Below, piece by piece: positions 28,681 to 37,810 of a stretch of DNA of 50,549 nucleotides (its first letter is position 1; every line of letters begins with the position of its first letter). The DNA is taken from assembly GCA_964631415.1 (NCBI GenBank), contig CAZVZC010000011.1, forward strand, positions 1 through 50,549, given 5' to 3'. The DNA is from an uncultured archaeon (GTDB lineage Archaea > Asgardarchaeota > Thorarchaeia > Thorarchaeales > Thorarchaeaceae). The notes beneath the pieces are model-generated. The model was not told the DNA's origin. It searched no databases and saw only the letters and a program-made list of their open reading frames with translations. A program made the translations under genes and the position numbers.

Positions 28681-31600
28681 CTATACACCAAAGAACTCAG
28701 AGGGGTCGGCCTTCTCGTCTCTCTCCTTCCGACGAGCCCTCTCCTCTTTCGCTCTATCCGCCTGCTTCTCTGATGAACGTCGTGTTCTGGATTCTGAGAA
28801 CAGCTTGCCGCCCTTGCGGTATCTGATGTAGAGCGCACCAACAACCAGCACCCCTGCCACTGCCGCAACCACACCGATAGCGAGCCAAGGGGATGGACGG
28901 ATGTACATGAAGTCGACGAGAAGCAGCGACAGTGTGTCGTGACCAGCCTTCACAGCACTGACTCTAAGATCGTATTTGCCGGTACGGTTACTCGTCCATT
29001 GCTCATCCAGAGTAACAGTGTATACACCTCCACCGACCTCATCAACTGCCAATTGATATGGACCGAGCCAGACCTGGACAGTCACATCCTCGGTTCCTGT
29101 ACCAACGAGGTCTGTGATTTGAAGAGTGACTACGACTCTGTCACCTTCCCATATCACATATTCACTCAAGGTCACGCGTTTCAGGACCAGAGAAGGCTGT
29201 TCGCCCCATGTCACCGCATTCTCAACTGTGGCTATCTGCTCGGGACCCGCAGGGGTTGTGGTTGTCAGACAGAGCTTGCCTGTACCCAGGACTCCTGCCA
29301 CGATAACTGGCTTCGACCCGTCCGTTGCCAAGATGGACAGATTCGCCCACACGGAGTCAAAATGACCTTGAAACGTAGTGGAGTCCGCAAGATCGTTGGG
29401 CACAGACATGAACGGATGAGTTGGGTCTGAGATGACAATGCTGGGGCCAGAGTTGGATTCGTTCAGCGTAACTGACCAAGGCAGCCACCCGATGTCCCCC
29501 GAAACGCCTAGAAGCACGAGGATGCCCCCGCTCCTGACATAGTCGTCCAACTTGTTGGCACTCGCGGCCATCACACTCTCGAGTGTACCGATCGAACCCG
29601 GTTCAACGATTACCACTCGCCTCAGTGGTAGCAGGGAGATGAAGTCACTGTAGTTGGTACTCTCATAGTAGTCATTGTCGACTCCAAGGACCAGTAAGGA
29701 ATCTGGCAGATAACTGGATACGCCCAGCGCAGCCACTGCAGCTACCCCTCGACCCGGCATATGGTTTCCGAACGTACTGTTCATCGGGTTGACAGAGGCC
29801 ACTCTCGGATGAGAGACCGTGTCGTACAGCCTAATCTCGGGATCTCCAAACAGGACGTGTTGATTGGCGTAGTCACGAGGATCTCCTGAAGGTGGGTCCG
29901 AATAGTCGTAGGAAACTGTCTTCAGAGACTGGGTGAGGGCAGAACCTGTAGTGTTGCCTGCTGCGATGGCTTGAGTCATGAGGACGCAGACCAGACCAGC
30001 AGGGAGGAAGTAGACTGTACGTGGTGAGGCAATCACAGAGACTGCGCCATGTTCCATGAGCATCAGAGGCAGTTCCGACCCGCCCAAAAGACATGCAGTC
30101 AGAATGACAATGGGCGAGCCCAGACTGCCAATTGCCTGCTCAAGTTCGCCCGTGTTTTTCATCACGTGGTGGACTGCCTCGGCCTGAAACGCAACGGGGT
30201 TCACTATTTGGTCAGAGTCAGTGGTACTCTCTCGTTCAGCGACACTGACTTCAAAGCCGTAGGGAGCATCTGTGTCCCTCATCGAGAAGATACCCAGGCC
30301 GCCGGGCCGCTCAGGAGGATCGGTGGGCAGACGCGTGAGTGTGCCATGTGTACTCATTGACCAGAAACCAGGCTGAGAGCTCAGCGCACTGAAGACCTGT
30401 GAGTAACCCACATGGCTGGCGACAGTGAACCCAGCCGACTCTAAGGCACTCACAGAATCATCATACTGCTGTATCACATAGGAGTTGAAGTAGTTGTCAA
30501 AAAAAGTGGCTCCGTCAGTGTAAGCATACATGGTGAGCAGCGCTTGATCTGCGGAGTCCGCGGTTCGAAAGATGAACCTGTGCAGCGCAGCTCTGGAAAT
30601 CATGACCGATGCCGCGGGTGAGTCTGTTGCAGGAATGCGACCTGGAGAGAAGTGACATTGGAGAGACCTGTCAAAGCTGACTTTGATGTTGTCGACTGGC
30701 GAAACAATGATGACTGTCTGTGAGCTGGTGGCATTGAACGCATTTCGATCTTCGAGGAACTGCTGGAAGGCGTCAGCCGACTCTGCCATCGAGTACCTGT
30801 TCGGGATCCTCTCATCATACCAACCGTTCTCAGTCCTAGTCGTATATCGGCTGGTTATGTAGATCTCAATCTCGGGACCCACCAGATAGGGTGCCCACGT
30901 TTCTTCAGCCCTGGTCGTCAGAGTGTTGTCATCACCACAGAGTGAGAACACGGGGGCTCCGTGCACTGCTCCAGAAAGGGCAGCTGAAGCAAAAAGCTCG
31001 TCTCCCGTTCCCATCGGGGCAGTGACTATGATATCGCTCTGTCTGGAAATGGCCTTGATCCAATACGAAACAAGAGGATAGTTGTTCAGGTCTTCTACAA
31101 AGGAAAACAGGCCGAGCGCACCGGTCAGAGTACTTGAATGAATGTTGTTCGGATCCACAAGGAAGCTGACATTGACACCAAGGCGGTCTACAGCCCATTG
31201 AGTGACTTCAGGAACTGTGTCGTCGGTCACATAGAGGAGCGGAGCATTCAACAGAGATGCGAGAACGGCCCCGTTGGCTGCGCTCTCCAGATACGCTTGA
31301 AGGTTCGCAGGCAAAGATGTAACACTCCAAGACAGCAAGACATCATTGCTCTCAGATGTTGAGTCCATCCAAGCGACAACAGCAGTCCAGTTGCCAGCCA
31401 TAGGATATGGCAAGCTGACCGACTCATGGCCCGGGTTGGAGAGTATGCTGCCAGCAGGCGCCCATTGGCCAAGTCTGCCAGCTGGGTCGATGAGTGCAAG
31501 ATTCAGGTCGGTTGCCGCATTATTCCAGTCTATGCTCACGTTCAGCCATCTGACACAAGAGGGGACGCTGATGGCCTGAGTGAACCCAGCGTGATACTTG

Positions 31601-32517
31601 ATTTCACAATCGATGGAAATACTGCTAGTGATAACTGATACTGGAATTAGGACCATGTTCCATTCTCCGGCAGCACTCTTCGGCACCCAGAAGTAGAGAG
31701 GCACCGGGTTTGAAACAAGGCGCTCCATGTAGGTCTGAGCGATCACTGAGTAGTCCACCGGTGCGTCATAAGGATCTAGCAGCACATGTGTGAGAATCTC
31801 ATCGCCTGTCCAGTTGAAGCTGCCTTCAAGCCAGCCTGCGCCTGCAGGTGGAGTAAACGGCACATAGACAGGGTCGTTTGTATTCACAGACACCGATTGT
31901 GTCTGCGTCGTAGTTGGGTTGTTCACAAAGGTGTGGCTGACCGAACCGGTCACAACTCGTGGCAGGCCAAGGGTGTCATTGGCTATCGCGAAGACGGCCA
32001 CATCAGAGGTGCGCCAGTCCATGAGTGCGAGCTTCGCCGCAATCTCCGCTGAACTGTTTCCTTCAATGCGCGGATACACGATAGAGCCCAAGACGTCTTG
32101 AAGGTTCAAGACTGATGATTCCTGCATGTCGCCTATGATGACCGCCTGACTCACTCCCCCATCGGGCCCCAAGTACTCGACCCAATCATCAATGAGCCAT
32201 TTCTCTGACTCGGACTCGGTGTGATACACTAGAGGAGACACATACGTCTGACCCCCATGGGCAAAGGTCGATGTTGGGACTGCAGCCATGAACGCGAAGT
32301 CATCGGCCAAAGACTCGGGATCGGCTGCGACAAAGGTCGCTCTTCGCAGTGGCGTGACCTCGTCCTGTGCTGAGCTAGTATTGCGAGATGTGCTCAAGCC
32401 GCCGCCCATGGCCGAAGGACTGGAGCTTATGCCTACAGCATGAGATGGAAAGAATGCCATTGTCAGCAGAATGGCGAGAACAACTGGGGTCACTAATCCT
32501 CTTGTCCAAATGCTCAA
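28681..32517 (-). CDS. Large surface protein: signal peptide, CWB2-like repeats, PPC-like domains, C25/caspase-fold peptidase-like domain, C-terminal TM
   Basis: Signal peptide, 'GAVLASLLNAPLLYV'-type repeats, 'DLNLALIDP', STHG...TACLLG...LFGDP, and a TM helix followed by a basic tail. Confidence 0.6.
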   Translation of the reverse strand: MSIWTRGLVTPVVLAILLTMAFFPSHAVGISSSPSAMGGGLSTSRNTSSAQDEVTPLRRATFVAADPESLADDFAFMAAVPTSTFAHGGQTYVSPLVYHTESESEKWLIDDWVEYLGPDGGVSQAVIIGDMQESSVLNLQDVLGSIVYPRIEGNSSAEIAAKLALMDWRTSDVAVFAIANDTLGLPRVVTGSVSHTFVNNPTTTQTQSVSVNTNDPVYVPFTPPAGAGWLEGSFNWTGDEILTHVLLDPYDAPVDYSVIAQTYMERLVSNPVPLYFWVPKSAAGEWNMVLIPVSVITSSISIDCEIKYHAGFTQAISVPSCVRWLNVSIDWNNAATDLNLALIDPAGRLGQWAPAGSILSNPGHESVSLPYPMAGNWTAVVAWMDSTSESNDVLLSWSVTSLPANLQAYLESAANGAVLASLLNAPLLYVTDDTVPEVTQWAVDRLGVNVSFLVDPNNIHSSTLTGALGLFSFVEDLNNYPLVSYWIKAISRQSDIIVTAPMGTGDELFASAALSGAVHGAPVFSLCGDDNTLTTRAEETWAPYLVGPEIEIYITSRYTTRTENGWYDERIPNRYSMAESADAFQQFLEDRNAFNATSSQTVIIVSPVDNIKVSFDRSLQCHFSPGRIPATDSPAASVMISRAALHRFIFRTADSADQALLTMYAYTDGATFFDNYFNSYVIQQYDDSVSALESAGFTVASHVGYSQVFSALSSQPGFWSMSTHGTLTRLPTDPPERPGGLGIFSMRDTDAPYGFEVSVAERESTTDSDQIVNPVAFQAEAVHHVMKNTGELEQAIGSLGSPIVILTACLLGGSELPLMLMEHGAVSVIASPRTVYFLPAGLVCVLMTQAIAAGNTTGSALTQSLKTVSYDYSDPPSGDPRDYANQHVLFGDPEIRLYDTVSHPRVASVNPMNSTFGNHMPGRGVAAVAALGVSSYLPDSLLVLGVDNDYYESTNYSDFISLLPLRRVVIVEPGSIGTLESVMAASANKLDDYVRSGGILVLLGVSGDIGWLPWSVTLNESNSGPSIVISDPTHPFMSVPNDLADSTTFQGHFDSVWANLSILATDGSKPVIVAGVLGTGKLCLTTTTPAGPEQIATVENAVTWGEQPSLVLKRVTLSEYVIWEGDRVVVTLQITDLVGTGTEDVTVQVWLGPYQLAVDEVGGGVYTVTLDEQWTSNRTGKYDLRVSAVKAGHDTLSLLLVDFMYIRPSPWLAIGVVAAVAGVLVVGALYIRYRKGGKLFSESRTRRSSEKQADRAKEERARRKERDEKADPSEFFGV

Positions 32518-32667
32518 CTGATATCGCTCCTCATCTCATCTGGGTGGTCAACACACGTATTGCAGATAGAGTTTTCCCGGACTGAAAACAACATCCACGC
32601 GCTTCCTCAGACAATGTAACCGCGCCAAGAACTGAGGACAACACATCTGCGCTCTCTTGTCGCCTTT

Positions 32668-33588
32668 CTACTCATCATTGTCAGAGTCATCGGACTCATG
32701 GCCCTCAAGGTCGGCATCGAGCATATCCTCGTCGATGTCCTCATCGCCCAGCTCTTCCCCGGCCTCCTCGGCCTCCTCTTCGGGCAGCGCGTCCTTGATG
32801 TCGTCGACCATCTTACGAAGTCGTCGGCGTGTCGCCTTTGGGACATCCCAGAGCTTCTGCTCTGCGCGCTCGACGACCTCTCTCGCAATATCGAAAATCT
32901 GCGCATCAAGGTAGCACTGGGCCGCCTCGACGAAATACTCTGCAGACTTCCTCTCGCTCTTCCGCATCTCAGAGATATCGCCCAACAGTGACAGGGCATC
33001 AGCGATTCCGGCCTTGTCGTCAAGGTCTCGGTATATCTTCAGCGCCTTCTTGAACGAGAGCTCTGCAGTGTCCCAGTCTTCCTTGTCGGAATATGCATTA
33101 CCAATGTCCATGATGGTGCTTGCTACTCCTTGGTCATTGCCCAGCGCCTTGTAGGCCTTCTGCGCCTTGTTGAAGTAGTCCATTGCCTTCTCGAAGTCGT
33201 GCATCCCAAGATAGGCAAGCGCAAGGCCGTACATCGCATCTGCGGCTCCATCGTTATTTGACAGCTTCTCAAACATCTTCATGGCAGTCTGGCAGGTCTT
33301 TACGGCCTCCTCCCATTTCTCAAGGTTGATCTGAGCGACCCCCAGATTGTACAAGGTATCGCTTGTCCCTGTTTCATCCTTGATCTCTGTATAGAGAGTG
33401 AGGGACTTCTCAAAACAGGCAAGAGCCTCGGCATACTCTGCGACGGACATGTATATGTTACCGGCACTGTTGTAGAGCTTCGCGGCAGTGGCCTTGTCTC
33501 CAGCTTCCTTGGCGGCGTCTGCCTGTTCAATCAGCTCAGCCGGATCCATTTCCTCAAGCGACTCGTCTTCGTCACTCACGGGGCTCAC
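32668..33588 (-). CDS. Tetratricopeptide repeat protein with acidic termini
   Basis: About six repeats of ~40 aa (GNIY...A...FEKSL, LGVAQ, IGNAY, LGDIS) and a D/E-rich tail. Confidence 0.85.
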   Translation of the reverse strand: MSPVSDEDESLEEMDPAELIEQADAAKEAGDKATAAKLYNSAGNIYMSVAEYAEALACFEKSLTLYTEIKDETGTSDTLYNLGVAQINLEKWEEAVKTCQTAMKMFEKLSNNDGAADAMYGLALAYLGMHDFEKAMDYFNKAQKAYKALGNDQGVASTIMDIGNAYSDKEDWDTAELSFKKALKIYRDLDDKAGIADALSLLGDISEMRKSERKSAEYFVEAAQCYLDAQIFDIAREVVERAEQKLWDVPKATRRRLRKMVDDIKDALPEEEAEEAGEELGDEDIDEDMLDADLEGHESDDSDNDE

Positions 33589-33643
33589 CTTCGTGCCTCT
33601 TGCATGGACCTGTCTATCACGCTTTTGATTCTTTCTGCAAGGG

Positions 33644-34390
33644 CTAATGACGCATGATCAAGACTGGGTTTTCGAGAAACGGCCGAACGGAGTCCTTCAC
33701 AAAGAACTGCTCATCACCCACTTGGACTTGAAGCAGCTTTCTCAGTTCGAACCTCCTCAGATAACCTACAGCCTGTTCTCGATCAACCTTGAGATCTGCC
33801 ATTAACCGGCTCAGGCCGTTCTTGGCACCACTATGCTCTGCGAACTTCCTGAATACAGAACTCCATTGCATCATTGTGAGAAACAGGAGTGTGCGGAGCA
33901 TACTGTCTACATTCTCTGATGTCTTTGCAGAACATGGAAAGACTGGAAGACCGGCGAGGAAACTCATGCTGCTTCTCAGCCTGTCAACAGGTCTTGCTTC
34001 AGCCACATCCTGTTTGTTGGCCGCCACTACGCAGGGTACTCCGGGCAAGAAGAATGCTACTTCTCTGAAGAACAGCTTCGCCCGTGCATCAGACTCAGGG
34101 TCAACAGAATCAACGACGAATATGATCCCGTCGGCACCTGAACACAGTATTTTGCGCATTGTCCTGAATCTGAGGAGACCGGGTGTTCCGAACATGAAGA
34201 CGCTCATGCCATCGACATTTGCCACCCCATGGTCCATGGCAATGGTGGTTCCTCGCCTCTCAATGTTGATGCAGGCACCATTGGTGATCCTGTTGATGAG
34301 CAAGCTCTTGCCAGACGCGAGGGGACCGGTGACAACGAGTTTCATCTTCACGCACCTAGACTTTTGGCCGGAGTTTTGTTTCTCCGTCAA
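33644..34390 (-). CDS. Small GTPase (MglA/CvnD-related) with a C-terminal helical extension
   Basis: GPLASGKS, GTTIAMDHG, FGTPGLLRF, NKQD and CSAK. Confidence 0.85.
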   Translation of the reverse strand: MTEKQNSGQKSRCVKMKLVVTGPLASGKSLLINRITNGACINIERRGTTIAMDHGVANVDGMSVFMFGTPGLLRFRTMRKILCSGADGIIFVVDSVDPESDARAKLFFREVAFFLPGVPCVVAANKQDVAEARPVDRLRSSMSFLAGLPVFPCSAKTSENVDSMLRTLLFLTMMQWSSVFRKFAEHSGAKNGLSRLMADLKVDREQAVGYLRRFELRKLLQVQVGDEQFFVKDSVRPFLENPVLIMRH

Positions 34391-34739
34391 GTTGTTTCCA
34401 CTGTTCCAGTCGGTGATAAATGGTTTGTCATGCCTTGACCTTCCTTACGGTATCTCGATCAACATGTGCTGGTCTGGTAGTTGCGTGGATAATGGGTGAA
34501 TCAGTTACAACTCCAGAGCGTAAAGAGAATCGCAGGAGGATACGATGAATGGGGCTCCACTCGTGAGGCTGCAACAGTGCAGGCGTATTGATAGAATGTC
34601 GACGAATGCCAAGTTCTCATTCGCCGGACATCGACATATAACGAACTAGAGATATAACATCGACAAAAAGGGTTATATCGACAGAATGCGAACTGGCATA
34701 TAGACGACTGTTGAACCACGTAGTGGAGTGACACCGCAG

Positions 34740-34904
34740 ATGGCTGCTGCAAGCGAAGTGACTGAAAAAGAGTTCTGGCTCTTTCGGGAAGTAGAAGATA
34801 GCGAACTGGTCGAACTGAAGAAATTCATCGACCCTGAAATAGATGTTAGTTCCATTGAAGGCATTGATGGGATCTTCGACAAGCTGAACCATCTCCTCGA
34901 CTAG
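34740..34904 (+). CDS. Small acidic protein, 54 aa, not in the ORF track
   Basis: MAAASEVTEKEFWLFREVEDSELVELKKFIDPEIDVSSIEGIDGIFDKLNHLLD*. GGAGTGA RBS at 34725-34731 and TTATAT at ~34673. Confidence 0.6.
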   Translation: MAAASEVTEKEFWLFREVEDSELVELKKFIDPEIDVSSIEGIDGIFDKLNHLLD

Positions 34905-34909
34905 CATCC

Positions 34910-34948
34910 TAGGCTGTCCAAACACATCCTTGGGTCTGTCGTGACCTA
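34910..34948 (-). promoter_or_regulatory. Candidate SECIS-like hairpin in the selD 3' UTR
   Basis: Minus strand UAGGU-CA-CGAC-AGACCCA-AGGA-UGUGUUU-GGAC-A-GCCUA: lower helix, tandem G.A/A.G pairs, upper helix. Confidence 0.35.
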
Positions 34949-35040
34949 CACAATCGTTCTCAGACATCTGATTGTCAGGGGAGACCGGCCGCTCGCGACG
35001 GCAGTCCTCAGCCTCTCGTCCCGAGGGTTGTCGAAAGGCG

Positions 35041-36078
35041 TCACGGGAACTCGGTCTCGATGAACTCTACCTCCGGGGCCAAGCGGGCTCCAGGTTTCGC
35101 CTTAGGCTTGGTTGTTTCGCCAATGGTCCAGCAAGGGAGACCCAATCGCTGCAGCATCGCACTGAACTTCTCGACCTTCTCAGGATGCATGAAACAGAGC
35201 AGTCCACCAGCAGTTTCGGCACCAAGCCCTTTGGAGAGCTTCTGACCAAAGAACTCTGCAAGCTCCAAAGTTCCCCTGATGACGGGGACGGACTTGATCA
35301 CTATGTCTACTCCGCTGAAGGTAGCGATGTTGCTCGCATGGCCAATCAGCCCAAACCCGGTCACGTCGGTGGCAGCATTCACACCAACTGCTCTCATGAC
35401 CCGAGCCACCTCAAGGGCGCTCTTCGTCATCACGCGCACAGCATTGTCCTGAATCCGACGAAGGTCCGACTCGACGAACCTCTCAAGCAGCGCATCGCGC
35501 TTCGGGCTGTTGAGGTCTCTGTACGATCTCATTGCAGGCTGCGTCCCAAGGGGCTTCGTGAGGACCAGAGCGTCGCCCACACGAGCGCCGCTGGGGTACA
35601 CGATTTCTTCGGGCCGAGCGATGCCGAGGCAGACTCCTCCGAAGACAGGCCAAGGGTTCCTGATTGTTTGGCCGCCGGTCACTCGAGACCCGATCGCCGT
35701 CATAAAGCCATTCATGCCCCTAAGGACCCCGGCGACAACTTCCTCTGGCAGCTCCTTCGGGTAAGCGAGGAACGCCTGCAATGAGAGTATGTCTGTGACG
35801 CCCATCACATGGACATCATTGGTCGCATTGCAGGCAGCAATTTGCCCTTGAGTGTACGGGTCGTCGTGAATCGGTGTGAAGACATCTAGGTTCTCGACGA
35901 CAGCGACCTGCTCATTGACAATGCGGACAACCGCATCGTAACCTATGTCCCCAGAGCAGGTAGCTCCGATAGGAAGCAAACCGGCAGTCTGCAGGAGCCT
36001 TGTGAGATCCTGCTGATTGACCTTGCAACTTCAACCATGCTGTGTCACCATTGCGGTAAGCCGTAGTTCCGCAGTCAG
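35041..36078 (-). CDS. selD: Selenophosphate synthetase, selenoprotein (in-frame UGA = Sec)
   Basis: RLTAMVTQHG-TGA-SCK, with TGA at 36033-36031 in frame with the downstream DAVV, DVFTP, GGQT, LTKPLG, TDVTGFGL and ETAGGLL motifs. CTG start at 36078 follows AAGGAGG; alternative ATG at 36051. Confidence 0.92.
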
Positions 36079-36355
36079 GACTTCAACCTCCTTTTCAGTT
36101 CAGGGCAGTGCGCCCATTGGTATGAAACATCGGCCGGGTAATAAAGAGAGGGGAAGCAAGCGGTTCAAGGGACGTAAAACAGCAGCTCACAGCTTGGCGA
36201 TTGCTCAGCATAACTTGGGATTCCTATTGCCATAGTGAAGTCAACAACCTTGACCCACATGCTCCGATGCAGAGAGGCTAAGTGTTGACCTCCGGCTTGG
36301 GCCGTTGCTAGTTGACAACGCTTATAGCAGAACACATCCTCACACGCTAGAAGGA

Positions 36356-37810
36356 GTGAACGCCTTGGAAGCAAAGAGGATTGGCGAGAACATCTACGAG
36401 ATCCCAAAGGGAACAAAAGATTGCATGACTGTTCCAGTCAGGATATACGCATCGGATTCGCTCGCTAAGAAGATGCGCCAAGATGCAACATTCGAACAAG
36501 GGACGAATGTCGCCTGTCTGCCCGGCATCTATACATATAGCATAATTCTGCCCGATGGGCACCAGGGTTACGGGTTCCCAATCGGCGGAGTCGCAGCGAC
36601 AGACTACGAACGCGGCGTGATCTCCCCAGGCGGCGTTGGCTACGACATCAACTGCGGAGTACGCGTTCTCAGGACGAACATGGACGAGCAGGACGTCAGA
36701 CCCAAACTCAAGATTCTCATCGAACGCCTGTTCGTTGATGTCCCGACTGGTATTGGCCGGACGGGTAAGATTGAACTCCAAGGCAGAGGAGGCGTCGACA
36801 GGGTGCTGACCGAAGGGTCGAAGTGGGCTGTTGAGAGCGGCTTCGGTTGGCAGGAAGACCTGGAGTACACAGAGGCGGGTGGGCAACTCACTTCTGCTGA
36901 TGCCAGCAAGGTATCCGGCGAGGCCAAGGCCCGAGGCAGGGAACAGGTGGGCACACTGGGATCGGGCAATCACTTCTTGGAGATTCAGCTTGTAGACGAC
37001 ATCTATGATGAAAAGGCCGCCAAGGCCATGGGTATCACCCGGAAAGGGCAGGTCACTGTCATGATACACAGTGGCTCGCGGGGGCTGGGCTATCAAGTGT
37101 GCGACGACTACATCAAGACGATGACACAAGCGATGAAGAAGTACAACCTGCAGCTGCCTGACAGAGAGCTATGCAGCGCTCCGACGACTTCACCAGAGGG
37201 ACAGGCATACCTAGGTGCGATGAGTGCTGCGGCCAACTTCGCGTGGGCCAACCGACAGGCCATGATGCATTGGACAAGAGAAGCCTTCTCGAAAGTCCTT
37301 GGTCGGTCTCCTGACGACCTAGACATGCATTTGATATACGATGTCGCCCACAACATGGGCAAGGTCGAGGAACACACGATTGATGGCAAGAGGACTAAGG
37401 TCTTGGTCCACAGGAAGGGGGCTACTCGAGCCTTTCCGCCCGGTCACCCGGAAACACCTGCAAAGTACAAGAGCATCGGTCAGCCGGTCCTGATTCCAGG
37501 TACAATGGGTACTGCCTCCTACATTCTCATAGGCAATCAGAAGAGCATGGAACTCTCCTTTGGCTCAACTGCTCACGGAGCAGGTCGCTTCATGAGCCGC
37601 ACGCAGGCGATAAGAGACTACGACGGCAGCACGATTCAGAAGGAACTCGCGGCCCGCGGAATCATAGTGAAGTCCCCCAAGGCAATAGGGATAGCAGAGG
37701 AAGCCCCGGGAGCCTACAAGGACGTTGACGAAGTGGTCAAGGTTTCCCATGAGCTGGGTATCGCGACGAAGGTGGTCAGGCTACGACCCATTGGAGTGAT
37801 CAAGGGTTGA
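36356..37810 (+). CDS. rtcB: tRNA-splicing ligase RtcB
   Basis: PDGHQGYGFPIG, DINCG, GNHF, HSGSRG, HRKGAT and HGAGR. Start is GTG 36356 or TTG 36365. Confidence 0.95.
   Translation: MNALEAKRIGENIYEIPKGTKDCMTVPVRIYASDSLAKKMRQDATFEQGTNVACLPGIYTYSIILPDGHQGYGFPIGGVAATDYERGVISPGGVGYDINCGVRVLRTNMDEQDVRPKLKILIERLFVDVPTGIGRTGKIELQGRGGVDRVLTEGSKWAVESGFGWQEDLEYTEAGGQLTSADASKVSGEAKARGREQVGTLGSGNHFLEIQLVDDIYDEKAAKAMGITRKGQVTVMIHSGSRGLGYQVCDDYIKTMTQAMKKYNLQLPDRELCSAPTTSPEGQAYLGAMSAAANFAWANRQAMMHWTREAFSKVLGRSPDDLDMHLIYDVAHNMGKVEEHTIDGKRTKVLVHRKGATRAFPPGHPETPAKYKSIGQPVLIPGTMGTASYILIGNQKSMELSFGSTAHGAGRFMSRTQAIRDYDGSTIQKELAARGIIVKSPKAIGIAEEAPGAYKDVDEVVKVSHELGIATKVVRLRPIGVIKG

Noticed and set aside
34391-34410. 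ORB-like word (CAGTGGAAAC on the minus strand) suggesting a replication origin
   Set aside because: Single partial copy, no G-string and no cdc6/orc1 nearby.
34617-34967. 116-aa minus-strand ORF
   Set aside because: Antisense shadow of the 54-aa plus-strand ORF, which has an RBS and better composition.
34972-35784. 270-aa plus-strand ORF and similar long antisense ORFs (8011-8715, 33789-34499, 36347-37129)
   Set aside because: They lie opposite well-supported genes and carry no motifs.
35980-36078. selD as a nonsense pseudogene
   Set aside because: The stop is UGA exactly at the catalytic Sec position and the rest of the gene is intact.
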